Notes: a model not told the origin generated them from the letters alone. Positions 26,024-39,817 are shown, counted from the stretch's first letter. The stretch is DNA of 51,261 nt from Chromera velia (GCA_018398765.1 JAHBMJ010000295.1:1-51261); one strand, 5' to 3'. Translations and numbers: made by a program.

Positions 26024-26079
<56 letters not shown>

Positions 26080-27909
26080 GTCTGTGTGTGTGTATAGACT
26101 TCATTCATTGCAACCACCTCCCCTCTCGGTCTTCCCCGACTTCCTCCTACACAACCGCGAAAGGGATAAATGAATAAGTCCCTCTAGCTGGTCGACAGAC
26201 TCAGTCAAGCAGATGCGCGCACGCCCCTTAAGAGCTTGCTGCAAGGCTTGATGATCAGATGTCCTCCCTCCCTCCCTTTGTTCGTTCATTCATTCATTCA
26301 TTCACTCACTCACTCATTCATTCCCCTTTGTTTTGTTCACTTCATTCACTCACCGCCTGGTTTTTGTACTTGGGCTTTCCGTTCTCGTCCAACAGCAGAC
26401 AGCCCTCCCCTGCCCAAGCAGCCTCCGAGTGAAAATTCCCAACCGCACTGTCGCAGAGACTCATGGCAGCCCACTCTGGCGGCATGATGGAGGGCGCCTG
26501 GTGGGGGTACCTGACCACAAGGCCCTGGGGGTCTTTGGCCTGCGTTTATTCATCCATTCATTCATTCATTTCTTTATTCTTTCAGTCACAGTGAGTGGTT
26601 CTTTGCTTAGTCGATTCCTTCATTTGATTGCATTTATTCATGCCACATTGTATGGCACTGATCTTGTCTCTCTGGAGGTTTCCGTAAAGACCACGGAGTA
26701 CTTTCAGAGAAGAGCAAGGGTTGTGGGAGGGAGACAGAGGAGGCGACGAGACGATTATCCGAGGCGGAGGGACAGAAAAAGACAGACATCAAGACAGCAG
26801 CAAGGCAGATCTCAATAGGAGAGGACAAAATGAGAAGCACCTCGGTAGACCCACGGCAAGAATGCCCAGACACACAGACCTTCGGCATGGCCCCTGGTCC
26901 CACGTCAATTGTGTATCCATTTATTCCCATACAGAATTATTTTTTCATACAGAAAATAAATCCATACAATCTGTATGAAAATAAATGCACATACCTTCGG
27001 CATGGCCCCTGGTCCCACGTCAATTGTGTATCCCAGGTCGGTGTTTGCCCCCCCCTCAGTGTCGAGAGCCCCAAACTCTTGGAGGATGACCTCGAAGTCG
27101 TCTGGGGCTGTGAGGTTCTCCTCGGCAGGTTGGTTGATCTCCAGGGACGTGTCCGTGAATCTGTGATGGATGAAAAGGGGGAGAAGTCGACACATTCAAA
27201 TTCGTCTTTTCTTTCTGTATGCACACTTTCTCTGTTGCATCCAAACTAACACCTGCATGCCTGTGCATCTGAAAGCTTGGAAGGAAGTCGGTTAGGGGCG
27301 AATGCGCATGCGGGAAGCAAAGCGAGAGATGCGAAGGAGTTGAGCACCAGCTACCAAAAGACATGCATGGAGAAAAAGAAAGCAGCCAGAGCGCCTCTTC
27401 CTTCACCTCTCAGAATTCTGAGCAGAAGTTAGGAAAGTCTTTTTGCATTCCGTTCTGTTTGGCGTTTCAGAGACCACCGCAGATCTATCTGCACCTGGAG
27501 CAAAAGTCAATTGAACCGTATGGAACGACCCGACTGAATGTATCTAATCTACGAGTCCATGCATGTATCAAATGAATGAAAGAAAACACTCACCTGTCCA
27601 GATAGATGTTCCCAACCACAACCCCCCCCCCTTCATGTTCAGACTCCCCCGCTACCGAGTCCGTAGAGTACTGCCCGTCCTCCTCTGCGAACATCCCGTC
27701 AGCCAGGAGGAGCCCCAGAGCACGGGGGGGGTCTTCGGATTTCAGGGCACGATGGAACTGCAGGCACGTCAGTGTATATTTAAATTCATACACAGGCAGG
27801 CATACACAAAGACAAAGACAAACACAAACGCAGGTACTCACCACAAGAGCCCACATAGAGAGAGAGGCANNNNNNNNNNNNNNNNNNNNNGGGGGGGGAG
27901 AGCGACACA

Positions 27910-27941
<32 letters not shown>

Positions 27942-28341
27942 GAGGGGGGGGGTAACTGACCAGGGAGTGCAGCTCTATCCATTTTCTCGTCTCTCTGTCT
28001 GTCCATTGAATTTTCCAGTCGAGTGTGTCCATGTGAAGAGAGTGGAATCCCCTCTCGAACAGCCATTGGACCTGCAGACAGGAAGGCAGGCGGGTAGACA
28101 CAGAGTGGGGAGTGAGGACATGCAAACGTGAGAAGGAAGGAAGGACGCGAGAGGGACAAGCATGAAGGAAAGAAAGGAAGAGGGTTAGCCGGACACATAT
28201 CGTCATCTGAGTATTTCGATGGGCTGGTACGTACGGTCATTCTATGAATATATCATCCTATTAATACATCAATGGGCTGGTGAATGGGAGGGATCTCGAC
28301 AGACCGGTCACACAATTGAAATGAAACCACGGAGATAAATT

Positions 28342-28376
<35 letters not shown>

Positions 28377-31300
28377 GTCTGTCTGTCTGTCTGTCTGTCT
28401 TTCTGTCTTTCTGTCTGTCTGTCTTTCTTTCTTTCTTTTCTTTCTGTTCCCCTCACACGCATATATGCGCTCTGTCTGGTTTGTTTGTCTTCCCACCTGC
28501 AAGCACATCCTGAAGAGCACCACCAGGAGTCTGTGCAAGACCATGAATCTGCCTATTCGGGACCCTCCGTCGTTCTTCAGAGACGCGTACAGGAGAGCTG
28601 GCAGACTCGCGGCGTTGAAGCCTGCACACAAAGGGAAGAGACAAGCAGCCCGCAAGCAGAGAAGGGCGACATTGAGTCAGGGACAGGCGGAAGACGACAC
28701 ACAGACAGAAAGACAGAAAGACAGAAAGGAAGGAAGGAAACACCTGAATGCCTGACTGACTGAGAGCACATCCTTCGATGCATCCATCCATCTATCCTTC
28801 CTGTCTCCTAGGGTTGAGAACCCGAGTCAGGTTTCAAAACAGAGGGAGGGGGGGAGGCAGTCAGAGAGGTAACGAGGGAGGGAGGTCGACAGGAAGATGA
28901 GACGGGGGAAGAATCATCAAGACTCTTCCAACGTGCAAAGCATTCTGTCCAGCGATAGCACCCAAAAAGGAGAAAAAGGGGGGAAGACAAACTCAAATGC
29001 AGACAGCCAGACAGACTATAGAGCAAGACAGACAGACAGACCGACCCGGATTCCAATCAGTCATGAAAGCTGCGTGTTTCTTTTTCACACTTGCGTCGCT
29101 CGGCCCAATGATAGGCCGAAGAGCGTACGCTCTCTTCATCAGCATCTTCTCATCTTTCTTCCCCCCCTTCCCCTCTTCCTCTTCTTCCTCTTCCTCGTCC
29201 TCGTCCATCTCATCGGTATAATCTTGAAACACAGTTGGCCAGAATCGTTTGCTTGTCAGAAGTCTCCCTGAAGTGCCGTCGATCCAAAATGGACTCAGAG
29301 AAACTTCCTGGGGGGGCTCCAACTTTTCGCTCTTGGTCACACTCTTCACAGCCTTCCTCACGACTTTCTTTGCACATCCTTCCTTCCCCACAAACTCCCG
29401 CGCTCTCTGGTCGAGTCTCTTGAAGGCTCTTTCAGACCATGTGAGACTCTCTAAGTCTGCTTTCAGGAAGAAGGGGAGCTGTCGGGACTGGAGGTCAAGG
29501 GATCGTTCTGCAACTGTTCCAAACCTGCGGCAATCAAATCGGTCTCTCTTGTGTATTATTTCATTCATTCATGTCTTTCCCTTTTTCCTGCTCTTCCCAG
29601 CATTTGTTAATTGAAAACCTGCTCCAGCATTTGTTCATCCAGGTTTCTCTGTGCATCATCATGACTATAATTTTCTCAACAATAAACTCGGACCACTCGA
29701 GACCTCCGCTCCACTTTTGGCTTTCTTGCATGAAGACCACACACTCAGATCATTTTATTTTTTCCAAAGCTGAAAAGGGCCGCGGTGAGGTGAGGTGAGG
29801 TGAGGTGTCAAGAGAGGAAAAGACTTTCGTTGAATACACAAGAGGACGGGAAGGAAGCGGTGAGAGAGAAGAGAACCGAACAAACAGACGCGTCGAAGTG
29901 AAACCAGTGCACACACTGTCTGAATGAACAGATAGATATCGGATGGAGCTGACCGACCTGTATCCTTCCTCCTCTGCCTCCCCTCGGGTAGGGATGTTTG
30001 CTTCCTCGTGGAGAACTGCGAGGTTGAGCGCATCTAGGGTCTTTCCGGGACCCACTGAGTCCGTCCTCAGCCTCTTGCCCTTCGTTTCCCAATGCTCTAC
30101 AGCCTCATTGAGCTCGTTCAGCAAGTTCTGCTGCTTCTTTTCATTCACCCCAGCAGCTAGCTCTGTGAGAATCGTCTGCGCCGTCTCTGTGCATTCTGCC
30201 GCCTCCTTGTTGGTCATCGGAACGGATTTGAACGCAGACGCAAGCTGTTCAGGAGAAAGCTTCAGAGCGAGGTGGGAATTCACATGGGATCCGTGGTGCT
30301 GCAGATGGACAGACAGCGGGAAGGAACCAAAAAAGGAGGTTGTCGTGTCTGTTGTCTGTGCGTGTGTGTCGGAGAAGCAGAGGAGACAGTTAAGAGGGCA
30401 ACTGCTGCAACAGACTACGGCATGCAGAGAGCGTGAAGATAGGAGAGAAGCAGAATCAAAGGGCCGCCCACAGGACTTCACCAACAAAGTTCTTTATCCC
30501 TGACTCGCCGGCAAGAAAGACAGACTACAAGGAAAGACATCGCACACGGACACAAACAAGAAAAACTGCAGCCGGGCCCGACGCAAACCAAACCAACCGA
30601 AGCCAAGGTCTCCCAGATTTGATAACTCATGTCTGAGGGGTCCACCAACGTGACCACATCGCCCTGGTCAAACAGAAACAAAGACCTCTCTCCCCCGTCT
30701 GCCTGCGCCGTATGTCCCTTCAACACTGCCTCCGTCTCTTTTTTTGTCTCTGGATTCGACAAGAGTTCTTCAAAATGTTCGAGCAGCATTTTGCTCTGAT
30801 CCAACAGCATGGACTCCGTCGGATTCATCATCCCCGCCCCCTGCTGTCTTTGTGCTTGCTGTACCCTCTGAAACTCTGCAAGCTGTTCTTTGACTTCATT
30901 CAGATCCATGTCGTCTCCCTCATCGTTGAAAAATTCCGTCGGCATCGAGTGGAACAAACGCTCTTTGAGGGATTCCAGAAGCTCCGCATCCACGCCCTCG
31001 ACTGCTCGCAAGGAGTCGAATTGAGCTATTGAAGTGCTCAGGTGCATTGAGGACGTTTGGAAGTCTCTCTGGTACTGCATGGATTCCTCTGGGTCGAGGG
31101 ACACCCAGGGGGGGAGACAGTCTTTGCCCTCGAGGTGGCTTGCCAACACATAAGAGTCAAAAGGTTCAGGGAGTTCTATTTTGTGGGGATCCGCACAAAG
31201 TGGCTCTTGCAAGCTCTCTGCTTGTTTTGCCAGAGAGACCCCTTCAGTCTGCTCCTCCTCCTTCATCATCTGTTGTCTCTCGTCCTTCAGATCTTCAGAG

Positions 31301-31495
31301 AGGGTCTCGACCATTGCCTCGATCGCTTTTTGCTCTTCCCCCTCCTTCGACCTCCCCGTCTCCTCCTGAACTGGGGGGGTGCTGCTGCCCTCAGGGGAGA
31401 CCATCAGCTCTGCGGCTGCAGAACGGAGAGAGAGAGAGGCCAGAAGAAGGACCAAGGATGCGCATGTGGAGGGGGGGAGGTTTGGTGAGGGTCAT
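22760..31495 (-). CDS. Large hypothetical protein of about 14 exons, probably secreted
   Basis: GT-AG exons with open frames at about 30650-31400+, 29958-30298, 29046-29524, 28497-28621, 27961-28071, 27594-27758, 26995-27160, 26354-26539, 25636-25740, 25295-25450, 24866-25157, 24328-24474, 23587-23987 and 22760-23182 (ends ...VDDDLEDF*). The 5' end is ambiguous (see findings). Confidence 0.75.
26878..27033 (-). repeat. About 41-bp direct duplication of an exon 3' end plus donor GT
   Basis: accttcggcatggcccctggtcccacgtcaattgtgtatcc occurs at 26878 and 26993 (offset 115), with AT-rich patchwork filler. Confidence 0.95.
27870..27890. other. Assembly gap (N run) inside an intron
   Basis: 21 N bases. 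Confidence 1.
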
Positions 31496-31639
31496 CGCAC
31501 AGTTGGATACAGAAACGTGCGGGTCAGTACTGGTGCCAGGGACAGCAAAGAGGTACAGAGAGCAAGCAGTACAAGGCCGTTGTAAGTACAAACATCACTT
31601 AGGCGAAAGGACCGAACTGTCAACAGACCAAAGGAACGG

Positions 31640-32210
31640 ACGAAGGAAGGGAGTAAGACAGGACGGAAGCAGAGGGCACAGCGGAGACGGAAGAAGGGAG
31701 GAAGACAGGACGGAAGCAGAGGGCACAGCGGAGACGGAAGAAGGGAGTAAGAAAGGACGGAAGCAGAGGGCACAGCGGAGACGGAAGAAGGGAGGAAGAC
31801 AGGACGGAAGCAGAGGGCACAGCAGAGACGGCGGAAGAGAGGAAGAAAGGACGGAAGCAGAGGGCACAGCGGAGACGGAAGAAGGGAGGAAGACAGGACG
31901 GAAGCAGAGGGCACAGCGGAGACGGAAGAAGGGAGGAAGACAGGACGGAAGCAGAGGGCACAGCGGAGACGGAAGAAGGGAGGAAGACAGGACGGAAGCA
32001 GAGGGCACAGCGGAGACGGAAGAAGGGAGGAAGAAAGGACGGAAGCAGAGGGCACAGCGGAGACGGAAGAAGGGAGGAAGAAAGGACGGAAGCAGAGGGC
32101 ACAGCGGAGACGGCGGAAGGGAGTAAGAACGGACGGAAGCAGAGGGCACAGCGGAGACGGAAGAAGGGAGGAAGAAAGGACGGAAGCAGAGGGCACAGCG
32201 GAGACGGCGG
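31640..32210. repeat. 47-bp purine-rich minisatellite, about 12 copies
   Basis: Unit ggacggaagcagagggcacagcggagacggaagaagggaggaaga(c/a)a starts at 31661, 31708, 31755, 31802 ... 32178 (period 47). Confidence 0.97.
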
Positions 32211-33039
32211 AACCAACGGCACACTAATAGACCTGCGAGACAGACAAAAGACGCACCACACATCACCACGTGGAGTGTCAGCGCACAAATAGTCGCCACA
32301 ACAGCCGATCGCACAGAGTTGCGGAAGGGCCTTGCCACCTCGCTCACATCAGGCGACATAATGCAAAAAAAAAAAAAAACACGGGCTGTGGAGCAACGCA
32401 ACTGACCACTCAGTTTCTCGGGAGCATCGCAGAGCCCGGTCTGCAGACAGATGGGAAAAACGAACAACGAAACGGATAAGGCAGTCCATTATGAATATGT
32501 CTGCGTGTCCCGCGGGGAATCCACCAGACCAACGACCTCACTTACCTTCCGTTGTCTGCAGTCTGGCCGTCTCCGAAAAAATGCTTCTCGTCCTATCAAA
32601 AATGCGCAGCCCCCATGCCCCCAAGAGGCAGCCAACAAGATAAGGCGCCACATGACACAAGCAGCCAGCACGGGTCAGCGATGAAGTAGAGTGCCGCCCT
32701 TTCGTGTCGGACAGAATTCGCGGTAGTCAGACCGACTCTGGCGTCTCGTATTATTACTAGACCTGCCGCTCCGTCACCTGTTGCACGTATGAACGCAAAT
32801 TGCAGTGGGTCGAGAGAAATGCGCTTAAGAAGGTTGGTGGAAAGTCCAGGCAGGAGAACAGTCGGGCAGACGTTGACCAGCTCGTGAGGGAAGAACAGCA
32901 AATGTAACGTACATGCTTGTCTGGCGTTCACCCAGCCGTTCACCGGCCCTCTGGAGACGGGGGTCAAAAAGAGAGTTTTGATCGACGAAAAAGTGAGGGT
33001 GCAGCTAGGGGCTCGAACCCACGACCCCAGTGCGTGCGG

Positions 33040-33180
33040 CGGCGGGCGCGGGCATGCATACCCTGCATGCATATATGGGGCGGGGCGGCATGCGCGGCGA
33101 TCGATGCGAGCCTTAATTTGAGCTAGCTCCTTGGACACTTTTCCGAGCGGATCAATCAGACCCGGCTACATAGCTAGGTC
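33040..33180. promoter_or_regulatory. Putative bidirectional promoter core
   Basis: gcatgcat, tgcatgcat, ggggcggggc, agctagct and tagctag lie between divergent genes (31495 - and 33568 +). Confidence 0.4.
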
Positions 33181-33567
33181 CAAAGATCTTGCTTGTGCCG
33201 CATTTGAGTCTTCGTTTGTCTGCTAAACTTAGTTTGTGACTCGGGGAGCCGGACCTGGCCCTCGTTCACCTCTTGGAGGTTTGGGTGGATTTGACAAGAT
33301 CGACTCTGCGACGCACACAGCGGGTTGTTTCCTGGCTAGTGAACTGTTCTCGGCCCTTTCGGTACAGCGCTGCTTGGAGCCCCTTGACGGCATTGATCTG
33401 TTTTTTCCCGCTGTAACAATGCATCGAAGCTTTTCGTTTCTTTGAGTGGTTGGCATTCTGAAAGGCCGAGGGTTGCTTCGTGAACAACACACGAAGACTG
33501 TCTACCCGTCTCTCGCGTAACGGTAAAAGACGTCGTCGTTGTCGGTTGTCTTGCTAAGTCTTGGGGA

Positions 33568-34860
33568 ATGCCAAACGGCAGTGGGGGTGGGTCAGTTGTA
33601 CGTGAGTTGTTGAGGCGACAGCCCTGCAATGTGGCGATTCACGAACTTCTCCACGGAGATCCCGCCTCGGCCCTCTTTCTGGACTCCACCTGCTGCTGTG
33701 TAGGCACATATCTGGGTGAGTGCCTGGCCTTGCTTCCCTCCCTTCGCCTTGCTCTGAAACGTTTTTCATGTGCCGGAATAAATACACCAGTGTTCATTTT
33801 TTGTTGAGGCATGATGGACGGCCAGAAGGCGAAGCATGAATTGGTGATAAGGTTGGGAGAGTGCCAGCTAGATGGGCTGGAGGTCAAAAGGCAAGGGGGG
33901 AAACCAGGGCAGAGTGCACATTTGCCCCAAGACCTTTTTCCAGGAATCCTTTTACCTTATATGTTTTGTACACATCATTTGTCGGTTTTGCAATCTCCCA
34001 TCGCTGATCCTTGAATTTTTCGTTACATTCTTCCTCTCCTGGTTGGTGAATCTTTGTACACGCTTGGCCTCTCGGTTGTGTGAGTTGAAACAGAAAAACC
34101 GTCCCACAAGTGCACAAATCCTTTGAATTTGAGTCAGACAGATATTCTTTCACTTCCGCTCTTCGTCTCTTCGGCAGGCCGAGTGAACTTGCTGTCCCTT
34201 CCCGAGTCTGTTCGGTCGTTGTCGTTTTCGGTCTTTGAGGAGACGGAGAAGGGGTCAGATGACGACGATGGGAAGGCCGTGTGCGCATGTACAGGGGGGG
34301 CGTCAAAGAGACGCGCAGGCAGGACGGGGACTCTGGTGGCTTCCCTTGCGTCGACAAGGGTCACCAACACGTCACTCTCGACGCACAGCTCGGACGCGAT
34401 ACGAGGGGTGAGGAGAAGTTGACTGACTGTTGTGATTGTTTGTTTGTCATTTTGCATGCCAGTCGTTTTGACTTCTTTACGCATCGGATACACTAACAGG
34501 AATTGCAAAATGTCACAAAGGCGAACGGGACTCGGCAACGTATTGATTGATGTTTGAAACAAAAGTTTAGGTCTTTTTGAAACAAAGTGAGTTCCGAAGT
34601 GGAAGAAAATCGGGCAGTCGGGCCAGGATGTTAGTTAATTAAGCATGTCTGTGAAAGTTTCTCAGGACGGCCACGTGTTCGTTCTTTGCGTGTTTTCAAA
34701 GACAACTCACAGAAGGATTAGGGGTGCCGTCGGTGTGGGTGCTGCGGATGATGTCCGGTTTCCTCTAGAGAGTTCTCCGATGAAGATAAACAGACAGGCA
34801 GACAGATAGACAGACAGGGAGACAGACGGACAGACAGACAGACAGACAGATAGACAGACG

Positions 34861-34901
<41 letters not shown>

Positions 34902-35174
34902 TATATGTTTCTTCTTCTCCCTTCTTTTCTTCATGAACACAATAGACAAAAAGAAAGAAAGCAACAAAGACAAAAGAACATCACAGACAGACAGACAGAC
35001 AGACACACACACACACACACACAGACAGACAGACAGACAGACAGAGAGAGAGACAGAGGTACTAACGAGAGAGAAGGAGAGAGACCTCGAAGTATTGAGC
35101 AGTTGAGAAACTTTTGTTCTCTTTCCGTCGGGTGCAGCATGTTCTTTCTGTCTGTCTATCTGTCTGTGTGTGTG

Positions 35175-35209
<35 letters not shown>

Positions 35210-38200
35210 CTGTCTGTCTGTCTGTGCTTTTGTCTTTGTTGCTTTCTTTCTTTTTGTCTATTGTGTTCATGAAAAAAAGAAGGGAGAAGAAGAAACATAT
35301 AGTCTGTCTGTCTGTCTGTCTGTCTGTCTGTGTGCATACATATGTGCCTGCAGTTGTGGGCAGACCAACGGAGAGTCCATGCGGTGATAGGGGACCAATT
35401 CATTCACTCATGGCGACGGGACTCCGGGGGGGCCGACACCCGGCCTGAAGATGACATGGGGGGATACCAGAGGGAGGAGAACAGAAGATTTAAAGCGTGG
35501 TACATGGGGGCGGTGGCGGCGGGAGTGGGGCACTTCGTTCTCCACAGCGGAACGAGGGGGGTGATCCTTGCACAGGGTGGGTGGGTGGGTCTGTCGGTTG
35601 GTTGCATGGTTGGCTTGAATTAATTCTGTTTGTCTGTCACTTTCTCTCTGTCTGTCTGTCTGTGCGCTGAACTCTCACCTTTCGGGCCCCCTGCCCACGC
35701 TGTTTGATTGTTGGGGATGTTCTTTTGTCTTTGTTCTTTCTTTCTTTCGTTCTTTCTTTCTTTCTTTCTTTCTTTCTTTTTGTCTGTTGTGTTCATGAAG
35801 AAAAGGAGGGAGAAGAAGAAGAAACACATAGTCTGTCTGTCTGTCTGTCTGTCTGTCTTCCAGATTGAGTCTGTGAGATCTGCTTCTTGTTCCAGTCTTT
35901 TGATGTGGTTATCTGTTGTTCATTCCTTTGTCTGCTCGGTGATCCGCTCTCCCTTCCCCTCCCCTGCCTGTCTGTTTGTCTGTCTGCGTGCTTGCGTGTG
36001 TGTGTGTGTGTGTGTGTGCAGACGGGACCTGGTTGATCGATGGACCGTCGGAGGGGAAGGGGAAGAGCGGTTTCAGAATGGGGGACTGTGACGTTGCGCC
36101 GTTGGATTTTGATGGGGACGGGAAGATACTGTCAGTCTGTCTATTTGATTTGTCTCTCTGTGTGTGTGTCTTTGGGTGTGTCTGTGTGTGTGTCTGTTTC
36201 TCCCTCTTTCTATCTCTTTCTCTCTCCGCTTGTGTACCTCTATGTCTCTGTGGCCCGGAAAGCGAAGCTCATGACGCAAGTAGCTTTTTTGATGGTTAAA
36301 AGATTGACGCACGCACTCTGATGCCCCGGAAAGATCGCTGAGAGGGCATTTGAATGCTTCCCATGCACACAACTCGAATGTGTCCGAGTCCAAAGTTAAT
36401 TTCGCTTTCCGGGCCATTCGCACGTAGTGCGTCAGGTGTGTATGTGGGTGTGTACATGAATTTGTATGTGTATGTGCGTGTGGGTTTTGATGGAGACCGG
36501 AAGAGCCGGTAGGTCCAACAGAAAGACAGACAGACAGCTCAGCAGGCGGAAGGTATTCATGGACTAATCTAGGGTCTATTACTCAAACATGCAGTCGTCT
36601 GCTTCAATCTGCTTTGGCTCGTAGGGTTCCTACTTGTGGAGGCCCCCACCCTTCCTTCCTTTCTTTCTTTCCTCCTTCTTTTTTTCCCTCTCCTGCCCAG
36701 ATTCCGTCTTTTTTGAAGAAGAAGAAGGAGAAGAATCAGGGGGTGAAGGAGAAACTTTTCTCTTTTCCATAGAGGCATTTCGTTGATGGCCTCTGAAAAA
36801 CAACTTGTATCATGAAAGCGCGTTGAGAGAGATTTGTTTTGTTTGTGCACATGTTCGTTGCCCCCCCGAATCCGCATAAGAGAGAGTGCGTCAAAATAAT
36901 AATTGCAATTTGCTGCAGGTTGGCAGAGACGCTGGACGAAGTTACGATTCGCACTGTGGACCTTTTTCAGTAAGTTCTTTCTTTCTCTCCTGCTCTGTCT
37001 CTTTTTCTCTCTCTTGTTTTGTCTTTCGCACTTATTGGGATATGCACCGGCGGTCTTCGTGGACATTTCACAAGGGGGGATAGACAGACAACAGACAAGA
37101 CGAAAGAAAAACAAAGGGAAGGAGTTGGGGAGTCTGTACAACTGACTGCAGGGCTCCTGTGAAAATGAAAGCCAAAGCAAAGCAAAGCGCAAAGAGAGGG
37201 TGAGAATATTCGGTTGAATTCACTCGCCCCCTCTCGCACTGACTTCTCTGCTCTCTCCCCCACAACCCCACACGCGCACCCCAGCACAACAGAATCCATG
37301 AATGCACAGAGGGATGACAGCACAAATGAGGCGACCAAACTGGTTGACCACTTCCGAATCCATGCATGAACACACACGTAAACAAATAAATGAGTGAATA
37401 CCTGCATGGATGGATGATGCCCCCCTCGCAGGAGTTCCCCCCTCGGACAGAGCACCTGGATCCCCCCCAAAAGACGGCCTTCAATCAATTTGGGCAAATT
37501 CTGGGTCAGTCAGTCAGTCAATGAGGGAAAAGCCCAGAATACATCTGGTTTGTTGGTCTCCATCCATCCTTCATTGGGTGGGATCATCTGACGACAAGAG
37601 AGGAAGGAAGAGGAACTCGCGAGACTTCTCTTCGTTTGCACGGGTGGACAGCCGCTCGACGTGTCAAATCCTCCATGTGCAGAAAGAATGCCAATGAATG
37701 AATGGAGAGAGCTCTGGTTGTGAGGAACCGATCTCTCCCGCCCGCCCTCGATCGATCGATGCGTTCTTTCGTCAAATCAAACTTGCATAGGTTTTCTTTC
37801 TGTGCTGCATTTCATTCCTCTGTCCTGGTTCGTGTGTTTTTCATCTCCTGGCCGAGTGAGTGAGTGAGTGAGTGAGTGATTTCATGCATGAATCCTGAAT
37901 GGTTGCATGAATGAATGACTGCAGAGAGATACGCCGGCCCCGACGTTTGTTTGCGTGATCGGAGGGAACGATTTGTGTGTGGTCCAAAAGGCAGTCAGTT
38001 TCGTCTCTCTCTCTCTCTCTGTCTCATAGCAGCCACCACCTCTTCCCCTCCCTCCCTCCCTCCCTCTACTGCATGCGGACTCTGCTGCTTAGTCTTTCTT
38101 TGTTTTTTCTTATGCCACCTCTTGCTGGCCGCTTCCGCGTGCAATCATTACGTGTCGATTCCCTCCCGGGGGGGGGGACGGTCCTCTTTCGTTCTTCCGC

Positions 38201-38878
38201 TGTCTTTTCTGTGCGTCCCTCTGTTCGGCAGGCCTCTTCCCCCCCCCCCATGCAACCAAAGCTTTGGTTGCTCTCTACAGGCATGATCCGCTTCCTTCCA
38301 TTCAAGTAGAGAGGGCCCTGTCGACAGGAAAGTCTGTCTCTGAGAGAGAGAGAGAAAAAAAACACACAAGTTGCCACATGCAGTCCAAGGATGGTAGGAA
38401 AGGAGAGGAGAGGACCAAAAACGAAAAGAGAAGACGGGTTTAAGAGCTGCCCCCCCTAAATTGTTGTGGTCTGTCTTCCACTTGTCGCACGTGCATCTCG
38501 CTCTTTTCCCTCCTGCCCATTCACCCATGTTTTTGTTTGCAGACTGCGACTTTACCTTCTAAAGAGGTCAGGAGAGGATGGGCGCGTCTCGTGGTTTGCA
38601 TGGGGACGCACGCTCTGCCAAGTAACTGCGAAGAAGAGTGCTTCAGACGAGCAAAGACAAAGCAAAAAAGAAAAGGAAAAAGGATCCCTCAGAAAGAAGA
38701 GACTGTCTGTCAGTCTGTCCGTCTGTCTGCCTGCCTGCCTGCCTGCCTGTTTGTCTGTCTCTATTCGGCCCCTTTGGTTTGAGAAGGGGGAGGGGAGGGA
38801 CGGGTGAATTGAATTGTGACCCTGTCTCCTGTCTCCTTCTGTTGCTTCGACTGGAAAGTGTTCTTACGGATTCAAATT

Positions 38879-38914
<36 letters not shown>

Positions 38915-39300
38915 TGGCTCTTTCCCTCTCTCTTTCTCTCTCCCTATCTGTCTGTCTACGTTTCTGCGTGTGTGTGTGTGAGTGTGGGTGAGGGACGCGC
39001 GCGCGCACACACACACAAAGAAAGAGGGGGAGGGAGGACGTGAGAAAGAAAAAGAGTTTTCATCGCATCTCAGTCGCACATGCCCCAAGCCTCTTTCTTC
39101 CCCTTGCTTGTGTTCCCTCTCGCCGAATTTTCGAACGAAGGAAGGACTACTGAACGAATGACTGCATGTTGCAGTGGATCATCAGGAGGGCCCACCGTTG
39201 GGACATCGTGGCCCTCGACGCTCCTGACCGTGTGCGGCTCCTGACAGTAGACCGGAGAGGCGTCTTGCGGGTCTGGTTCCGGTCGGAAACCGAAGGTTGG

Positions 39301-39361
<61 letters not shown>

Positions 39362-39741
39362 TCGTTCGTTCGTTTCTTCCTTTCTTCAATCCTGAGGGCC
39401 TGCAGGGTGTTTCTCTCTCTTTTTTTAATTGAGTCTATGCCCTTCATTCCGTCTGATTAAATGCCTAGGCGTATCTGTTTGTGCGTCTCTGCTTTTGTTG
39501 GTGTGCCTGCCTTGGCTGTCCGTGAAAAGAAGAAGAGAGAGAGCCCGGAAGGAAAGAAGTAATACTCAGTCAGTCACTGGGTCTGTCTGTTCGTCTCCCT
39601 GCCAGGATCCGACAGAAGAACTAATGCGCCGTGGTTCTCCTCCTTCTGTTTGTTTCTTTCCCTTTTCTTGTGGCAGCTTGTAGGGTTGTTGTTGGAGAAC
39701 ACTTCTCTCTCTCTTTCTCTCTCTCTGTCTGTGTGTGTGTA

Positions 39742-39817
<76 letters not shown>

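Noticed and set aside
27594..28621. Faint resemblance of GNIYLDR and flanking exons to M3 metallopeptidases
   Set aside because: No HExxH motif found in the downstream exons I could read, so the similarity is too weak without a profile search.
31640..32210. CRISPR-like array
   Set aside because: Units are contiguous and near-identical with no unique spacers, there are no cas genes, and the context is eukaryotic.
31029..32467. Long ORFs (365, 290, 234, 222 aa) across the minisatellite
   Set aside because: They stay open only because the 47-bp unit lacks stop codons. The period is not a multiple of 3, so the peptides just cycle through frames.
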